NCBI GenBank assembly: GCA_963715335.1
Contig: CAVQRZ010000003.1
Span: forward strand, 1 to 10,218
Source of the DNA: an uncultured delta proteobacterium
GTDB taxonomy: Bacteria; Desulfobacterota; Desulfuromonadia; Desulfuromonadales; BM103
DNA length: 10,218 nucleotides
Reading direction: 5' to 3'
Shown here in pieces: positions 8,048 through 10,218 of this stretch. The notes under the pieces are model-generated. The model was given only the letters and a program-made list of their open reading frames with translations, did not search any database and was not told the origin of the DNA. The position numbers and the translations under genes are program-made. Each line of letters starts with the position of its first letter. The first letter of the stretch is position 1.

Positions 8048-8298
8048 ACCCTGTTGAAGTAATGATGAAGAAAAACAAGCTGTTAGCGTAAAGCGAAACC
8101 AGCAGGTCTCTCGGCGGGCCGGACAAACACACTTAGAGAGACTTTCAGGCGCGACAGTTCAAACAAGTGGGCAGCGATGCCTGACTGCACCGCCATTAGA
8201 CTAAATCGAAAAGGTTCAATTACTCAAACAGTTTCTTCTTTTGGCAAAACTTTCAATGCTCGATACGAAAAAACACCAATTCGACAAGGCGTTGTGCT

Positions 8299-8327
8299 TT
8301 CCTAAAAACGATGAAAAATGTTAATGT
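8299..8327 (+). promoter_or_regulatory. Possible sigma70 promoter for the ABC transporter
   Basis: TTCCTA (8299-8304), a 17-bp spacer, then TAATGT (8322-8327) with extended -10 TG at 8319-8320, in an AT-rich divergent intergenic region. Motif match only. Confidence 0.3.
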
Positions 8328-8403
8328 GTCCGCACTTCTAGCGAACGACAGCAATGGTGGGGAAACCGGACTTATATCAAAGCAGAGAAAGTAGCCGTCC
8401 AAG

Positions 8404-10134
8404 ATGCACCTGATGATCAAATTCGCTCGTTCCTATCCCAGGCAGAGCATCATGATGCTCCTTGCCCTGGTCATGGCTGGAGTGGTCGAAGGCGTTGGCC
8501 TGACAGCCCTTTTACCCCTGCTGCAGAAGGCCATCGACCTGCCAAAGGATCCCTCATCAGCCGAGACGCTGTCAAGTTCTGGGGCGGACAGCTTTATTAC
8601 TTCGGCCTTGGCGTACGTAGAGATACCTGTCACCGTAGGTTCGCTCTTGATGGTCATCATGGTCGGCGCAATTTTACGAAGCATCCTGATTCTGATTGCT
8701 GATCGGAAGGTCGGTTATACGGTGGCCCATGTTGCCACGGACCTCCGCCTGGCCCTGCTGCGGGCCCTCCTGTCGACACGTTGGGGATATTTTCTCGGCC
8801 AGCAGGTCGGCAGTATGGCCAATGCCGCCGGGACCGAAGTGATGCGGGCCTCATCCGCCTATCTGCATGCAGCAACCGCGCTGGCCATGGCGATTCAGGC
8901 CTTTGCATATTTCGTCGTGGCACTGCTGGTCTCCTGGAAGACAACCCTGCTTTTCATGACTATGGCCTCCCTGATTTTGCTGATGCTTTACAAAATGGTT
9001 GCCAAAGCGAAGCGCGCCGGTCGGAAACAGACACAATTGCTGCAATCCCTGCTTGCAAAGCTCTCCGACAGCCTGCAATCTCTGAAAGCCTTCAAAGCCA
9101 TGGGCCGGGAAAACCTGGCCGACGAATTGCTTTCGACCAACACTATGAAGCTCAACAAGGCCCTGCGCAAGCAGGTCTTCAGCAAAGCGGCCCTGCGCGG
9201 TATTCAGGAGCCTTTGATGACCCTTTTGGTGATCACCGGCCTCTACTTGATGCTGGTATCCCTGAAGATGGACCTGCCCAAGGTCATGGTGCTGATCTTC
9301 CTTATGGCTCGCATGCTGAACGAGACAGGAAAAGTCCAGCGCAAATACCAGGAGGTGGCCATCTGTGAGAGCGCCTACTGGTCGCTTCAGGAGAAGATCA
9401 GCAAAGCCGAACAGTACGAGGAACCGCCGGGAGGTGAACTTACAGCGACCCTGGAACGCGGGATCGTCATTGATCAGGTCGACTTCGGCTACAACGAGGA
9501 GATGATTCTGAAAAATGTTTCTCTTGAGATCCCGTGCCGAACGTTCACCTCCATCGTTGGCCCATCAGGTGCCGGCAAAACGACCCTGGTTGACTTGATA
9601 ACAGGTCTTTTCCATCCGGTAAAAGGGACCGTACTGATTGATGGGACGCCACTCCCGGAGCTGGACCTGCGCACTTGGCGACGCATGATCGGCTATGTTC
9701 CTCAGGATACCATCCTGTTGCATGACAGCATTTTCATCAACGTTACCCTGGGAGAGCCTTCGCTGACGGTTGAAAATGTAGAATATGCTCTCAAATCAGC
9801 GGGAGCATGGGACTTTGTTACAGCAATGCCCGATGGCTTGAACACCACCGTAGGTGAACGCGGCGCGAAGCTCTCGGGCGGGCAACGACAGCGCATAGCG
9901 ATAGCCAGAGCCCTGGTCCACAAGCCGCAACTATTGATTCTCGATGAAGCGACCAGCGCCCTTGACCCAGGCACCGAATCAGCAATCTGTGAGACTTTGA
10001 AGCAACTACGAGGACAATTGACCATTCTGGCAATCAGTCACCAATCGGCACTGGTCGATGTCGCCGACCGGGTTTTTCAAATTTCCGGCGGATGTGTTAC
10101 ACAGGTGACCTCTGCGCCGGAGTCATTTAAATAG
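8404..10134 (+). CDS. ABC exporter, fused TMD-NBD half transporter (MsbA/PglK/Wzk-like; probable lipid-linked glycan flippase)
   Basis: About 6 hydrophobic segments in the N-terminal half. Walker A GPSGAGKT, Q-loop YVPQD, signature LSGGQRQR, Walker B LILDEATSALD, H-loop ISH. The substrate is inferred from context. Confidence 0.93.
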   Translation: MHLMIKFARSYPRQSIMMLLALVMAGVVEGVGLTALLPLLQKAIDLPKDPSSAETLSSSGADSFITSALAYVEIPVTVGSLLMVIMVGAILRSILILIADRKVGYTVAHVATDLRLALLRALLSTRWGYFLGQQVGSMANAAGTEVMRASSAYLHAATALAMAIQAFAYFVVALLVSWKTTLLFMTMASLILLMLYKMVAKAKRAGRKQTQLLQSLLAKLSDSLQSLKAFKAMGRENLADELLSTNTMKLNKALRKQVFSKAALRGIQEPLMTLLVITGLYLMLVSLKMDLPKVMVLIFLMARMLNETGKVQRKYQEVAICESAYWSLQEKISKAEQYEEPPGGELTATLERGIVIDQVDFGYNEEMILKNVSLEIPCRTFTSIVGPSGAGKTTLVDLITGLFHPVKGTVLIDGTPLPELDLRTWRRMIGYVPQDTILLHDSIFINVTLGEPSLTVENVEYALKSAGAWDFVTAMPDGLNTTVGERGAKLSGGQRQRIAIARALVHKPQLLILDEATSALDPGTESAICETLKQLRGQLTILAISHQSALVDVADRVFQISGGCVTQVTSAPESFK

Positions 10135-10217
10135 ACGGTTTCTTCATAGCTGACCGATTCGTTATCAACCAGGAACTCCTGAGACGAGAAATCACTATCA
10201 TGCGGTTGTTTTAGTCT
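10077..10217 (-). CDS. Possible 3' end of a convergent gene entering from beyond the window
   Basis: One minus-strand frame is open from the edge for 46 codons (RLKQPHDSDFSSQEFLVDNESVSYEETVYLNDSGAEVTCVTHPPEI*). The other two frames stop within 7 codons. It would overlap the ABC gene end by 58 bp. Confidence 0.25.
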   Translation of the reverse strand, partial: RLKQPHDSDFSSQEFLVDNESVSYEETVYLNDSGAEVTCVTHPPEI

Positions 10218-10218
10218 T

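Noticed and set aside
8106..8142. Inverted repeat GTCTCTC...GAGAGAC in the divergent intergenic region
   Set aside because: Only 7 bp with a 23-nt spacer and no U-tract or second copy, so no function can be supported.
1..10218. CRISPR arrays, tRNA/rRNA, IS or phage genes, defence system built around the PLD gene
   Set aside because: No repeat-spacer periodicity, RNA-gene signatures, transposase/integrase motifs or helicase/DNA-methylase partners were seen.

Overview
Bacterial surface-glycan biosynthesis and export region. On the + strand, in order: the 3' part of a putative surface-carbohydrate (GT-B-like) protein; a Gfo/Idh/MocA oxidoreductase; an atypical NeuB-family ulosonate synthase with a SAF/AFP-like domain and a fused D-lyxose-isomerase-like cupin; a HAD phosphatase; a NeuA-family cytidylyltransferase; a Zn-ribbon SAM methyltransferase; and a GT-B-like putative transferase. 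A convergent PLD-superfamily gene with two non-canonical HKD motifs follows on the - strand, then a divergent MsbA/PglK-like ABC exporter. The synthase (~2196-2198) and the GT-B-like gene (~6867-6870) each appear to carry one extra base, most likely sequencing errors. The most interesting signal is an apparently self-contained isomerase-synthase / phosphatase / CMP-transferase / methyltransferase / transferase set with no amino-sugar genes in the window. It may make a KDN-like or otherwise unusual ulosonic acid, but this is an inference. No RNA genes, CRISPR arrays or mobile elements were recognised.
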